64,000 nt of DNA from Vicugna vicugna (Eukaryota), in assembly GCA_013265495.1 (NCBI GenBank), contig MU058844.1, positions 310,001-374,000 on the forward strand, read 5' to 3'. Below the pieces are notes generated by a model. It saw only the letters and a program-made list of their open reading frames with translations, had not been told where the DNA came from and made no database searches. Each line of letters starts with the position of its first letter. Positions within the stretch are counted from its first letter, which is position 1. This document shows positions 51,784 to 64,000 of the stretch, piece after piece. The position numbers and the translations under genes were made by a program.

Positions 51784-52200
51784 TGTTACGGAAACGACAG
51801 GCCAGCCAAGAAACAAGCACCACTCGGAGGGCTGGAGTACTCAGATGTATTATGCCGGTGGGCTCAGAGGGGCTTCTGCTCCAAAGCTCTGAGCACCCCC
51901 AAGACGTGCGCATGAGGTTTTATAGGGTAAAGTACAAGCTTGGGGTATTCAGCCAATAGGCATGGAACAGCTATAGCAGCATCGTTATCACAAAAGTGGA
52001 GGCAGGGAGGCAGCAAACCAACATTCCAAAGCCAGATATATCTCTTTGAAAATCCAGCTGGCTAGCAAAAAAAAAAAATATGAGCAGAAAACCAACACTA
52101 ATTAACTTAGATTTACGAGTTAGTCCAGCAGAACTCAGATAAGTACTCCAATACTTAGATTTGTGAGTTATCTTGTTAGACCAGCCCGGCTTTTCCTTCA
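51784..52200 (-). mobile_element. ERV solo LTR related to the 17.0-kb LTR
   Basis: TG...CA termini; flanks CATA/CACA; TATAAAA at 51924-18; shares the CAAGCA(C/G)CACTCGGAG...TATTATGCC...CAGAGG block with the 17.0-kb LTR. Confidence 0.85.
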
Positions 52201-55200
52201 CACAGAGTTGACATTGTGCCATCCTTCCTGCTGTGGGCCCACAGGACAGCTGACACTCATTATAGATATCTATTAAAGGGAAATCAGACATAGACACTCA
52301 TAACAGAGTGTGCCACAGATCAAGTATGTTGATGGTCACAAGCAAGTCCGAGCACCCAGCAGGAACTCCTTCCATCCCAATCTTTTCCTCCCAAGAAAGC
52401 TAATCAGGACACAAGTGAAGTAAGAGTGACACTATTAGGGAGATCATCTTAAAGCCACTCTGCTTTGTAAAGATAATAAATATTTCACAACTTTGCTACT
52501 TTGGATATTATCCTAGTCTCTACAGTGACAAAAAGACAGATCCATTTTAGAAAGGTTTTCAACCGTAAAGACTGAAGTCAAAGAGCAGACCGAGTTTCTG
52601 GTTAACATTCCCCAGGGGTTCTGCAAATATTGTGAGAAATGCCATTTTGTGACAGCTTCAGCCAAACCCCAGGCTCGTTCTTCAAGAGATCTGCTCACTC
52701 CTGTGTTGCTCAGAGGAGTGGAAAGATGTCAAGTTGCTGATCTGCTTGAAAGATCAAAACAGGTGTATTTCATACTCAAGCAGCAGGGATCCTGCCGTGG
52801 GTAGGAACCAGTCCTTTTCCTCATTTGCCTGCTTTACAGAAACGCATGCTCTGAGGCCCAACACCCTCATACCCTTACCCCAGACCAGACTCTGCTTCCA
52901 GCAAGCCCAGATGGAGTCAACATGTTCACAACATGCATATACGCCTCCCTGAGACAGATGGCATCAAGGGCTCCATCAAAGCTTGTTTCTCCGGGCTCCT
53001 GGGGCCTAGCCTCAGACTTAAGCCTGCATCAGAATCACCCTGGGAGCCTGTTAAACACAGATTTCAGGGCTCCATCCCATAGTTCTTGATTCAGTTAAGT
53101 CTTGGGTGGGTCCCCCCAAATTTGCTTTTCTAATAAGTTCCCAGACGCCTGATGCTGCTGGTCTGGGTGCCAGCCTCTGAGAACTACTGCACTCAGGCAT
53201 TGCCTTGGGCCCCGAAAGGTTGCATGAGCAACACGTCTTCAGTGCAAAAGACTCTAATTCTCTTTGGCTTCTGAGAGGGCGATATGGCAAAGTTGCTCAG
53301 CTTTCCTCAATTCGCATTCATCCTTCACCTCTCTTCAGTAGTCCTCCTGCCTCACACACCACTGAACGTGTTCTCAGTGAAGTTAAAAGTGGCACACTTA
53401 CTGCCAAACTTAGTAGATGGGGCACCGCCACTTGGGTGCCTCACCAGCCACTTTGCAACCCAGCATATCTACACTGAACTCGCTGCCTAGATTTTCCCTG
53501 CACTCTTAGTCTGGTGTTTGAGGCTGCCCAACAGTGTGCGTTCCCCTCCTTCTGATAACAGTACTGCTCTTATTTGCAGCAACTGCCCTTCTCTACAGTG
53601 TAGTTCAGATGTGATTTCCAACCCAACTCTCTTGACACCTTGATTTTGGACGTCTGGCCTCCAGAACTATGAGAAAATAACTTTCTGTTAAGCCACCCAG
53701 TGTGTGATAATTTGTTACAGCAGCCACAGAAAACTAATATACCCTGTTTCCATTCTAGGGGGAGAGGAGCAGGGATAGGGGTAGGAGGAGGGGCAGGGGA
53801 ATCCTGCTTAGGAGACCTGACCTAAGATATGTAAAGTGGGAAATTTTAAAGCTTCCTCAGGCCGGGTCTGATTACTTGAAAAATAGTCCAGTCACCAGTC
53901 TATCCAGTACAAAGACAGTTAACCCAGATACTTGGACAATCGGGTTCCCACAAGTACTACTATCTTTCACATCAACCCTGTTTATTCAGTCTCTTGAAGT
54001 TGTAGGGCATTCTCTTCCTGTAGACAGAGGACAGACTTTCTATGTATAATAAATTAAGAAAAAAAATTTAGTTTCACTGAACATTTCCTTTCTCAGAAAG
54101 CTTAAAATTGATTTCCTTTGTAATTTCCAGTGATAAGTGCTAATAGCAGATCTCCTTGCCAGTTTTTGTAATCCCAGTGACATCACAGAACCTCCATCAC
54201 TGTAGAAAATTGTTCTTCTAGGCGGCTGTGATGACATCAACCACTACAAGGTGGGGAAAAAAGAAACAGAAAATTCTACATTCAGTGGCTAACTGACTAA
54301 TGAAGGAAGAACAGGTTTTTAAAGTTAAGTTCCCTTAACTGAGCAGCATTCTCAATTACTTGCCTTTATTTATTCAATCTTTATTTGTATAATCTCACTT
54401 ATAGTACAAGTCCCTAGTCAGAAAGGCTCCTCACTCCCCAAAAAAGCAGGAATTATAGGCTAGAGCTTTAGGGGTTCTTGAGTCACACTGCCTCATGTCA
54501 TGGCATAAGCAGAAGGGCTAAAAAAAGACCCAGACACAGGGCAAGGAGATAATCTTGAAGGAAGGAAGGGGGAAGAAAGAAGAAAGGAAGGAAGGGAAAG
54601 GAAAAGATAGGAAAAAGGAAGGAAAGGAAAGATGAAACGAAGAGAAAAGAAATACAAAAAGCCAATAAGCATTTGGTCTGGACAACCTTACAAACTGTAT
54701 TAGTCAGGGTTCTCCAGAGAAACAAAACTGATAGGATGTGTGTATACAGAGAGACTGAGCTTCATTTTGTTTCAGAACATCACATAAGAGCTTGATCTCA
54801 TTTATATACAATTAAATAAGTAAATTGCTGTATTTCCTGGGAAGGACGTTTACCAAAATCTTAATTGTGGTTATCTCCGAGGGGTGGAATTTCAGGTTAT
54901 TTAAGTAACATTTACTGGGGGCTTACTGTATGTCAGGTATTCTTTTAGGTATTTTACATGGATTAAATTCATGTAATAATCTGTATTGTTGCATTAAAAA
55001 AAAAAACCCAAAAATTGTGTATCATTTTCCCCAAAAAACTATGAAGCAGTTTTTGAAAATACCCCTTGTATTCTCACATATGGGCAGCCCTTGTTTCTCA
55101 AAGCTCCACAACCTTGGGACCCCTGAGAGTCTGAAACTGCTGTACACAGTTCCTACCCAGCGTTATCATTGGAAATCTCTCCATTTCACATGCACACAAA

Positions 55201-57967
55201 AAAATGGTGCTTTCCCATTGCTGTTGGAGTGTTTTGTTTGTTTGATTGTTTTCATGGCCCCTCTTGTTTATAAAGAACTGGGTGAATGAGTAATATGTTC
55301 CCTTTAAATCCCCAATCTTACCCTTAACCCTCCACCACAGAAACCCTTCTAATGTATTTAGTTTGCATCCTTTTGTTTCTGTATGTTCTTATAAAATGTG
55401 TGTAGTTGACCTAAACGGTTTGATTTTATTCAAGGGTTCTCTCAGCCACACACCCCACTACAACCACCCATCCAGTGCTGATACCTACTCAGTGCTCTCA
55501 CTGTTTCTGCTGTTGCTACCTTAGGGATTCCTAGAATTGCAAGCATGTCCTCCGTCATTCCTCTGTCAACCACTCACCTCCAATCCCATGACTTGCCCCA
55601 GTGCTTAAAGTTCATTAGACCATCCAAAAGTCAACCTTGGTTGTTGTTGTTTTTCATATGTGTAGCCCTCTCTACTGAGAAACTTGCTTCCAGTTTCCCA
55701 TTTGCCAGCTTGGAGGAAATTGCAAAGCTAGCAATGATTGCCAAGTCAATTACCAAACTAAGGTCCCTGGACAAGGCACTATCTTTCAGCTCTCTCACCT
55801 CCGAGTAACTCCTCTGCCCTCCTAAGTCACTTCCCTTCTCCACTAGGTGGAAGCAGCCTGGCTTCCCAACTTGTGCTAATGCTTATGTATAAAGGCTGGA
55901 TCTTCAGCCCCAAGATTCCTTTACTGTATCTTCCAGTAGACCTAACAAGTCCTTCATCATCTCCCAGCTGGAGAGCTCAAGAGTCACAAGAAGAATAAGA
56001 ATGTACATGCTGTGATGAGTCCCCACTGCGACCTTTCTATAATTTCTGCCTTCTACTCATCCCATTGGCTGTCTTAAACTTTAAGCTGATGTAATCTGCA
56101 GGAAAATGCTAAGAGTGGGGCATGGTCAGAGGGGGATTCATCCCAAAGTTAATCAAACTTGATGTTCAAGGCCCCTGTCTTGTAAAGTTCCTAGGAAAAG
56201 GCCTAACAATGCTCCCACAAGGGCACATGTTTTGTTAAATATGCAAAATTAGGACATTTTAAGCCCTCTGTCTTTGCTGTCTAACTTACCTTTCATCACA
56301 ATCTCCTAGATCAGGGAGCTTTGGAGAGGCCTTGGACATTATGGGATCTGGCTAATGGAAAGTTGGTTGGGGATACACATGGTGGGGTTTAGTAGATACA
56401 TTTCTGTTTCTTAAGCACTGTCGTGTCTTCTTGTTAATAGTATTTGTATTCTAAAATTGTATTCTTTTCTTAAAGAGGGTTTCCAAAATTATAACTTTCC
56501 TCTACCTCCCAAAGTAGGATCTCCCTACTAAATGAAGCCCAGTGTAATTTGCTACAGAACCCATGTAACCCTTGGGGTGACCATGGGCCTCGCTGGCTCT
56601 GTCCTGATCTTAGTTTTGAAACATTCCTGTTGGAAGTGGACCCATAATTCCACTTAAGTACAGCTCTTGGCTCAGAGTCCAGTTTCCAACCTACACCTCT
56701 TCGTTGGTTTTCTTTTCGTGCTTCTTCTTCCATACCCTGCCCTCCTCCCCTACACACATGCTCTTCTATATCTGGTGCAGTTGACTCTCCTATTTAAGTA
56801 TCAGAAGCTGAAGTGCAGATTGGCAGTGAGCCAGTTCTTAAAAATGAGCTCAAATGTACAAGTCAAACACTTGCAAGAATGCTCACAGCTGCTGGTCTTA
56901 ACTTTAGAGGGCAAGAGTAGAAAACAGGCTTACATGGCAGATGTTCTGAGTCTCTCTCTGGAACTGAGGCTGTTTGATAAGGCAGAAATATCTCCAACTC
57001 TTCACCTAGCAAAACAGAGAAGGAACAAAACTCTTGTAAGTTAGAAAAGCCTCTCAAACCAACATCTCAGCAAAATTTTTAGCACAAACACAAAAAAGTG
57101 CTCAAGAACTATTAAGTTAACAAGTTCTCATTTTAGAGGAAAGCACCCCCAGTTGCTGCAAACTCTACTTCCATCTAAAATATCCTGGAAAAGACATCTT
57201 TCCATTGGCCTATATTCAAGGCTAAGTTTTTTGTCTTTTTTAGGGAGCGTGGGGCGCTAGGGGAAGAATTGCTTTCATCTTCTTTTCCTCAGCAAAATGC
57301 CTTTCCAGAAGTGTCAACCCCACCCATGTCAGTTTTGTTTTTTAATTGTTAACCTCCATTTCTCTGGCAGACTTTCAAATTATTTTTTCTGGCTATAAAA
57401 GTAAGCTATCCATGTATTAATTGAACAAACATTTAGAGTATTTACAATATCTCAGGCCCTATTGTAGGTACTTCTTTCACTAGGAGAATTTTTCCTATGT
57501 TCCTAACTAGCCTTTGCAAGCATTATTTAATATCATAATAATTATGATAAGCAGGCCCCAGGATTTATTTAGCTATTCTCTTTTTGTTAGACATTTAGAT
57601 CATTTCCAATTTCTCCGTATTGTAAATAATGCAGCAATGACCTTCCTTGCAATAGACTCTTGTCAACATCTATGATTAATTCTTCATGACTGATATCTAG
57701 GAGTGGAATTACTAGATCAGAGGTTATGAACACTTTCAAGTTTCTTAATAAATATTCTGGCTGACTTTCTGATGCATATTGTCTATCACCTTTGACTTCC
57801 TCACATCCTGCTGAAGGGAGGAATCACCCACTTCTATCTAAAAACAGAAGAGCATATTCTATTCCTTCCATAGAGGTTTGCTGATTCCTAAAATAATTTC
57901 TTGGTGGCAATAAAAATAATCTGGTGGTGATAAAAATTACCATTGTTTTCTTGAACAACTATAGTCC

Positions 57968-58476
57968 TGTTGACTGAAAAAAAAAAAAAGCACAACCTAA
58001 AAGGTGACAGTTATGTTTTATTTGCAGACATTTCTGAGGACTTAAGCCTGGGATACAATCTCTCAGATCATTCTAAGAGACTATTCTGAAGAGGTAGGGG
58101 AGGAACCAAGATATATGAGAGTTTTTGCAAAGACCAGGTAGTCATAACATCAAAATTAATTAAAGAAAACCAGAGGTCTCAAGTTAAGGAATTTAGTGTT
58201 TTTTTCTAGGTATGGGAAGATGCAAAAGTCTGGGCTTATTGAAATCATTCCTTTGATATACACCTGAGTTATCCAGGGCCAGTATCCTGTTCTTTCCCAT
58301 TCTGAGTCCCCTGAGGGGGCACCATTAGGGGTGGTGGCAGAGGCCAGGCTGCCTGCTAGTCTCCATGCTGAGTTCCCTCTGGCTCACTGTTGTCCTCGTC
58401 CTTAGGGGAAGGCTGATAGCTGATGGCTGCAGTGTCCTTTGTTTACTGATAATGTAGGCAATAATTTTCATTGACA
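57968..58476 (-). mobile_element. ERV1 solo LTR, MER41-like
   Basis: TG...CA termini; perfect TSD GTCC at 57964-67 and 58477-80; poly(A) signal near the left end; resembles cetartiodactyl MER41-type LTRs from recall. Confidence 0.8.
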
Positions 58477-59500
58477 GTCCTTTTGGTAGCACACTCATCC
58501 TCTAGGGTCACATTTTTGCATTCTTTTCACAAAGGCAAAACACTCAGAGAAGAAAGAGGTATCCACACACTCATCTGCTCACTGTTATCACTGTAGGTAA
58601 AGAAGAAATCAACTTGGAAAGGAAATCATCCATGAAAAACATGGAGTCATGAGAAGGTATGTAAGATTCTAGTAATCATCTTGATTACTGTACATACTGG
58701 GGTTTTTTTGAGGAGGAGAGAGGATGTGACGCTAAACACATCCCTGAAATAGCCTTGCTCACAATAATAGCACACTGAATAAACGAGCCTTCTTACTCAT
58801 CAGCATCTCTGCTCCGACAAGTCAACTGGTAAAAATGCCTCATGGAGGTGCTTTTCAGTATATAAGCAAATTTCATTGCATAGCATTTTACCTTCTAATT
58901 TTTCTTCTGGAAAAATTTCATTCCCTGACTCTCTAATAAGAAAGATTTCTGCTTTCCCAGAAAACCCATGCTGTCTTGAGAATGCTCCCAGGACTTTGTC
59001 CTCAAGAAGAAAAACTAGAGGGAAAAAAACAACCAGGAGCAAAAGTCCTCTTTGATCTAATTCAAGGTGGAGTATTTGCTAACTGCCTTGCCTTGTTGTC
59101 TTAGTTGGATCAGAAGCTCCTCTAGCAGCAATTATGTTTATGTACTGGTCTGCTTAAGACAAAAACTATTAAGATTGAAATTCAAGCTTTCTCTTTCCTA
59201 GAAGCCAGGCAGCCTGAACATAAATGATTGCCTGGTCTTACTCCCTCCAGCTAAGTCCAGGCTATGGAGAAATTCATGTCAAGGACAACAAGTTTCTTCT
59301 CTGGAGGACCAAAAGGGGTTTTATTAAAATGGAGAACAGACCCTACGGTGGAATGAAGAACAGCCATTATTTCTTCATTCAACAGTGACATACTGAATGC
59401 TTAGTATGTGTGAGAAACTAGCACTGTGTGAGTAAAACAGACAGATAACATGCTCTTATGGAGCTTGCTGCAGAGTGAGGAGTAAACATTAAATGAATAG

Positions 59501-59717
59501 AGTTGACCCTTGAACAACATAGGTTTGAACTGTGCAGGTACACTTATATGCGGATTTTTTCCCCAATACTACAATACTACAGTACCACACCATCAGAGTT
59601 GGCTGAATCTGCTGATGCAGAACTGTGGATTTGTAGGCCCAACTGTGTTATTCCTGGATTTTCCACTGGGCAGAGAGTCAGCAACCATAACCCCCGAGTT
59701 GTTCAAGAGTCAGCCGT
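59501..59717 (+). mobile_element. Tigger2-derived MITE (MER8-like)
   Basis: TIRs AGTTGACCCTTGAACAAC ... GTTGTTCAAGAGTCAGC, TA-flanked; inserted in an L2 relic. Confidence 0.8.
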
Positions 59718-60029
59718 AATCATGCCCATGAATATAAAACCAGTCTTGGTATGTCCTGGGGCATCAAGAACATAGAGATGCAAATGCCTATCTATGATAA
59801 AGGATTTACTTTAATGGGGAAGGTAGGCAGCTGTGGCTGAAGTTTAGATCTGAAGGATGAGCTGGAGAAGTGGGAAGATAGTGTGGCTCTGGCAGGGGGA
59901 AGAACATAAACACAGAGGCTAAAGTCAGAGAGGCAAGAGGAAGGGGTAGTTTGCAGGACTCCAAAGATGTGATCAGGGCCTTGTAGGGTTTTAGTCTTCA
60001 TCCTAAATGGGACTTTAGATGGGTTAAAA

Positions 60030-60550
60030 CCCCTATTACTTGACAGTCAACTCTTAGGTATTTACCCAAGAGAAATAAAGACTTTTATCCTCAAAAGACT
60101 TAACATGAATATTCATAGCAACCGTAAAATAGCCTAAAACTGGAAACAATCCAAATGTCCATCAACAAGAGAATGGATAAATAAATTGTGGTATATTCAT
60201 ACTCAATTGAAAGGAATGAACACACAGCAACACTAAATATTCTTCAAAAGATTATGTTGAGTAAAAATAGGCACAAAAAAAGTCTGTACTGTTTTTTTCA
60301 TTTGTATAAAATCCAAAAATGGGCAAAACTAATAGAAATCAAAGTGGTTGCCTCTGGATGCTGGGGCCAGGAAGAGGGTGAAATAACTGGAAAAGGGGAG
60401 CATGGGAACTTACGGAGGTGGTAGAAATGTTTCAAATTTTGTTTGCAGTGGTGGTTTCACAAGCATATCCCATTGTCAAAACTCCTCAAATTGAACCGAA
60501 GATCTGTGCACTGTATTATTTGTATAATGTATATCAAAGTTTAAAAAAAA
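60030..60550 (+). mobile_element. Old L1M 3' fragment
   Basis: TAGGTATTTACCCAAGAGAAATAAA and CTGGAAACAATCCAAATGTCCATCAACA motifs. Confidence 0.8.
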
Positions 60551-61549
60551 ATACAATACACCCATTAAAGTGTTTACGCACAAGAATGACATCAGATTTG
60601 CAATGTGAAAAAACAAAACAAAAACAAAACCTGGCTATGGTCTGGAGAAGGTAAGAAGGGGCCTGAATGGAAGTGGGCAGACCAGTTCCTCTGTTTTATG
60701 TGAATTACCTAGAAGCCAGAATACCCCTGAGTATCCACGCTTCCCATCAAAGCATATTCTGCCCTTGATATAGGAGAATTCAGACCTCCCCTTGCTGATC
60801 TCCCCTAGGAATTGTGCAAAACAGCTCTCAGTAAACCACAAAGGGAATTTAGCTAGAGAAAAAAACTGGGAAGCTGGGGTAAGAGACTGAAGAAATCACA
60901 AAGGAGATAGATTGAATCAAACTGCTATTATATAGAATCTTTCAAGGCAGTATTAAAGTAATCATGTTTGTTTTTAATATTTCAGATCTGTCAAATGCTT
61001 TCTTAGGTTCTTTTCCTCACATCTACAATTTTCTTCTGAAATTATGAAGTCTAGCAGACTGGAACTGGTGGATGCAATAGGAAGGCAAAAATTATCTTTT
61101 ACCCATAGCTGGAATGAACAGAATTAAAATGAGGTAAGATAGAGTCAGGTGTGTTTCAAAAAGGACATGGCAATATTATAGCAATGAAAGAGGGTTTCAG
61201 GGCAGGAAGGTTGTAGAATTATGGGTAGGATCCTAAAGGGCTTATCCCAGGCACCACCACCAAGTCAGAAAGGCACATGCTTGCTGAAGGTTTAAAAGAA
61301 CCACAGAATCTAAGCATTTTAGAGCTGGAAAGGGTTCTTAGAGGACCTTTCAGCCTACACATTTCACCCATGAAATGCAGGAGTAAAGGGACTAAATTCG
61401 TACCTAACATTTGATTAGCACTTCACCAAGTACTTCCACATTTATTGCTTCATTAAAACCCCATAAAGTGTTGGCAAATGGCAATAATTAATTCTTCTTT
61501 TCAGGAGTTGGGGCTCAGAGAGTGAAGAAGAGAAAGTGAATTCTCATCA

Positions 61550-61960
61550 ATACATGAGTTTCTCCTCTTCTTCCAGGGTATGCCACTAGATCACTGTTCC
61601 CAGTTCTCTTGCAGTTGTAGGGGTGGATTCTGGGTTCTGAGTGGGGGGGGCTGCAAAGAACTGAGTTTTGGCCAATGGAATATAGCAGAAGCCCGCTCCT
61701 TTAGGGCTGACTACTAAGACCTAGTATACAATCCTCTCTTCCCCTTTACCTGCCATCCAGATGCACAGGACCCAGGAGAGGAGTTCGAGGCTCCAGGGGC
61801 TGGTGAAGCCACCACCTGAAAGAAGCCTGGGTCTCTGAATGGCTCTGTGGAACAGAGGTGTTTTCCCCTATTCACTGACCCAAGTTAGACTATGGAGTGA
61901 GAAATAAGTGTCCAGGCAAGGAAGTCTTGGTGGTTGTTGAACCAGTTAGCCTAATTAACA
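61550..61960 (+). mobile_element. Old MLT1 LTR relic
   Basis: GAGTTTTGGCCAATGGAAT, GAAAGAAGCCTGGGTCTCTGAATG and GTGAGAAATAAG motifs. Confidence 0.6.
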
Positions 61961-62493
61961 TAAGAAAAAATTAAAGGACTCATGCAAAACCCATATATTA
62001 ATTTATTTAACAAAAAAATTTGTTGAGCACCTATTATATGTGCCAGTCATCGTGCTTGGCATTGGGCGTTCATCAATGAATTAACATAGATCTGGGCCGT
62101 GCCTTCATGGGGCTTATATCTAGTAGCTCACACAATTATGGACAGGGATAAGATCCAGATGAAGACCTGCATTTCTTCCATTTTCTACTCCACATGCTTC
62201 CTCCCAAATAATTTGAATCAAAATATGTGACATTCCTCAAAGGTTACTTTTAAAATAAATGATTTGTCCCACTATATGAGTTCTAGGGTGGAGAAAAGAG
62301 GTAGGGGCTGTTTGTTAAGCCTCTGTGTCCCCCAAGACCTAAGACGGCCCAGCCATGGTAAAATCCCATGTATCACAGAGCCTTAGTCAGTAGAAGGGAT
62401 TGGAAAATCATTGTTTTCATATACCTAAATTTTCAGTTATTTAAGAATTAACCTAAAACTTGTATTTCCACATGTATTTACAGTTGATCCTTG

Positions 62494-63116
62494 TTACAAC
62501 CAATGCCACAGAAATAAAAAAAATCATAAGAGGATACTATGAACAATTATATGGCAACAAATTGGACAAACTAGAAGAAATGGACAAGTTCCTAGAAAAA
62601 TATAGTCCACCAAAACTGAATTAAGAAGAAATAGATTACTTGAACAGATCAATCACTAGAAGTGAAGGAGGATCAGCAATAAAAAACTTCCCTGCAAACA
62701 AAAGTCCAGGACCAGATGGCTTCACTGGGGAATTCTACCAAACATACAAAGAACTCATACCAACCCTTCTCAAATTCTTCCAAAAGACTGAAGAGGAGGG
62801 AACACTCCTGAACTCATTCTATGAAGCCACCATCACCCTGATACCAAAACCAGACAAAGACACGACCAAACAAGAAAATTACAGGCCAATATCATAGATG
62901 GACATAGATGCAAAAACCCTCAACAAAATATTAGCAAACAGAATCCAACAACACACAAAAAAAGATCATACACTATGATCAAGTTGGATTCATCCCAGGG
63001 ACACAAGGATGGTTCAATATATGCAAATCAATCAATGTGATATACAACATCAACAAAAGCAAAGACTAAAATCACATGATCATCTCAATAGATGCAGAAA
63101 AAGCATTTGATAAAAT
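62494..63116 (+). mobile_element. Internal L1 ORF2 fragment (Z region / RT start)
   Basis: [18 protein letters not shown]...[28 protein letters not shown]; no 3'UTR or poly(A). Confidence 0.92.
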
Positions 63117-63117
63117 A

Positions 63118-63365
63118 TAGTTGATCACTGAAAAACACAAGGGTTAGGGGCACTGACCTTGGCCCTCCACACAGTCCAAAATCCACATAAAACTTATAGT
63201 TGGCCCTCTGTATTATGGGATCCCTCCAAATCCACGGTTCTGCCTCCCTGGATTCAACCAACTGGGGATGATGTAGTACTGAATACTGAAGTATTTACTA
63301 CTGACAGGAATCTGCATATAACTGGACCCACACAGCTCAAGCCTGTGTTGTTCAAGAGTAATTGT
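63118..63365 (-). mobile_element. Tigger2-derived MITE (MER8-like), opposite orientation
   Basis: AGTTGATCACTGAAAAACACAAGGGTTAGGGG ... GTGTTGTTCAAGAGTAATTG. Confidence 0.75.
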
Positions 63366-64000
63366 TGAAAATGGCACAAGTTCATTTTCATACTTTATTA
63401 AGTAGTAGTAACCTAAAATTCTATGAGCCTGTGAACCTCTTTCTGACACTTGGTGGCTTTCTGGTGTCTCATAGACCCTATTCAGAACACATGTTCTCCT
63501 TGTAATGCATTGTTAAGGGACTAAATTAAATAAATATCTTAGATTCAAGATATCTCAAGCAATTTGTTGGATCTTTTAGAATACTCAGAGGCTGGTTTCT
63601 TATGCTTTACTCTTTTCTAGACAATTAGTTTTGGCAAGCAGATAGGACAACAATAGATTCTGAGTTTTCATTTGTTTTCAGATCTTGCTCTGAAAAAACT
63701 TCAGATTTGTATGTATTTATCCAATTTTTACTCTTATTCAAGTGAATTTTGTGTGATCATTGTTACATCAGTTAAGACTCTTGTTTGTAAGTAACAGAAA
63801 GATCCATTCAAATGTGCTTAAGCAAAAGATTATTTTGGTTCAGTAACTAGAAACTTTCTCTTTATCTCTCACCTCCATGTCTTTCAGGTTGGCTCCATTC
63901 TCAGACAGTTCCCTCATGGTCATTAGAGGGCTGCAGAAATGATAGCTTTGGCATCTTAAATTCATATCCAATGGAGAGAAAAAATGTATCTGCTGGTGGC

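Noticed and set aside
55840..55855. CTCF-like motifs (also ~18295 and ~29860)
   Set aside because: Each has mismatches to consensus and cannot be supported without scoring or ChIP data.
59501..63365. Inverted Tigger MITE pair as one composite transposon
   Set aside because: Each copy has both of its own TIRs, so independent insertions are the simpler explanation.
1..64000. Prokaryotic-type systems (CRISPR arrays, operons, defence islands)
   Set aside because: Sequence is mammalian, with a spliced gene and interspersed repeats; no regularly spaced repeat-spacer array was seen.

Overview
Mammalian genomic DNA, not prokaryotic. It is most likely a camelid (alpaca/camel), inferred from two tRNA-Ala-derived SINEs of camelid type. 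The only intact protein-coding gene is SOCS2 on the minus strand: CDS join(27370..27232, 25572..25115), 198 aa. It has a ~4 kb CpG-island promoter, several alternative non-coding first exons, the tandem STAT5 + E-box growth-hormone response element, and a 3'UTR with several poly(A) signals. A full-length RPS29 processed pseudogene (premature stop, 18-bp target-site duplication) lies at ~15.0-15.3 kb and is missed by the ORF track. The rest is intergenic sequence dense in L1, L2, MIR, ERV/MaLR solo LTRs and DNA-transposon relics, with one 180-N gap. I found no new multi-gene system. The most notable items are an orphan CpG-rich promoter-like island with a 176-codon ORF at ~9.4-10.15 kb, an apparent locus-wide excess of STAT5 sites, a distal SOCS2 first exon with three uORFs plus CARE/RORE/NBRE motifs, an R35C-type change in SOCS2, and a tail-less internal L1 fragment flanked by a target duplication. 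Repeat family names and comparisons to human come from recall, not database searches, and most repeat boundaries are approximate.
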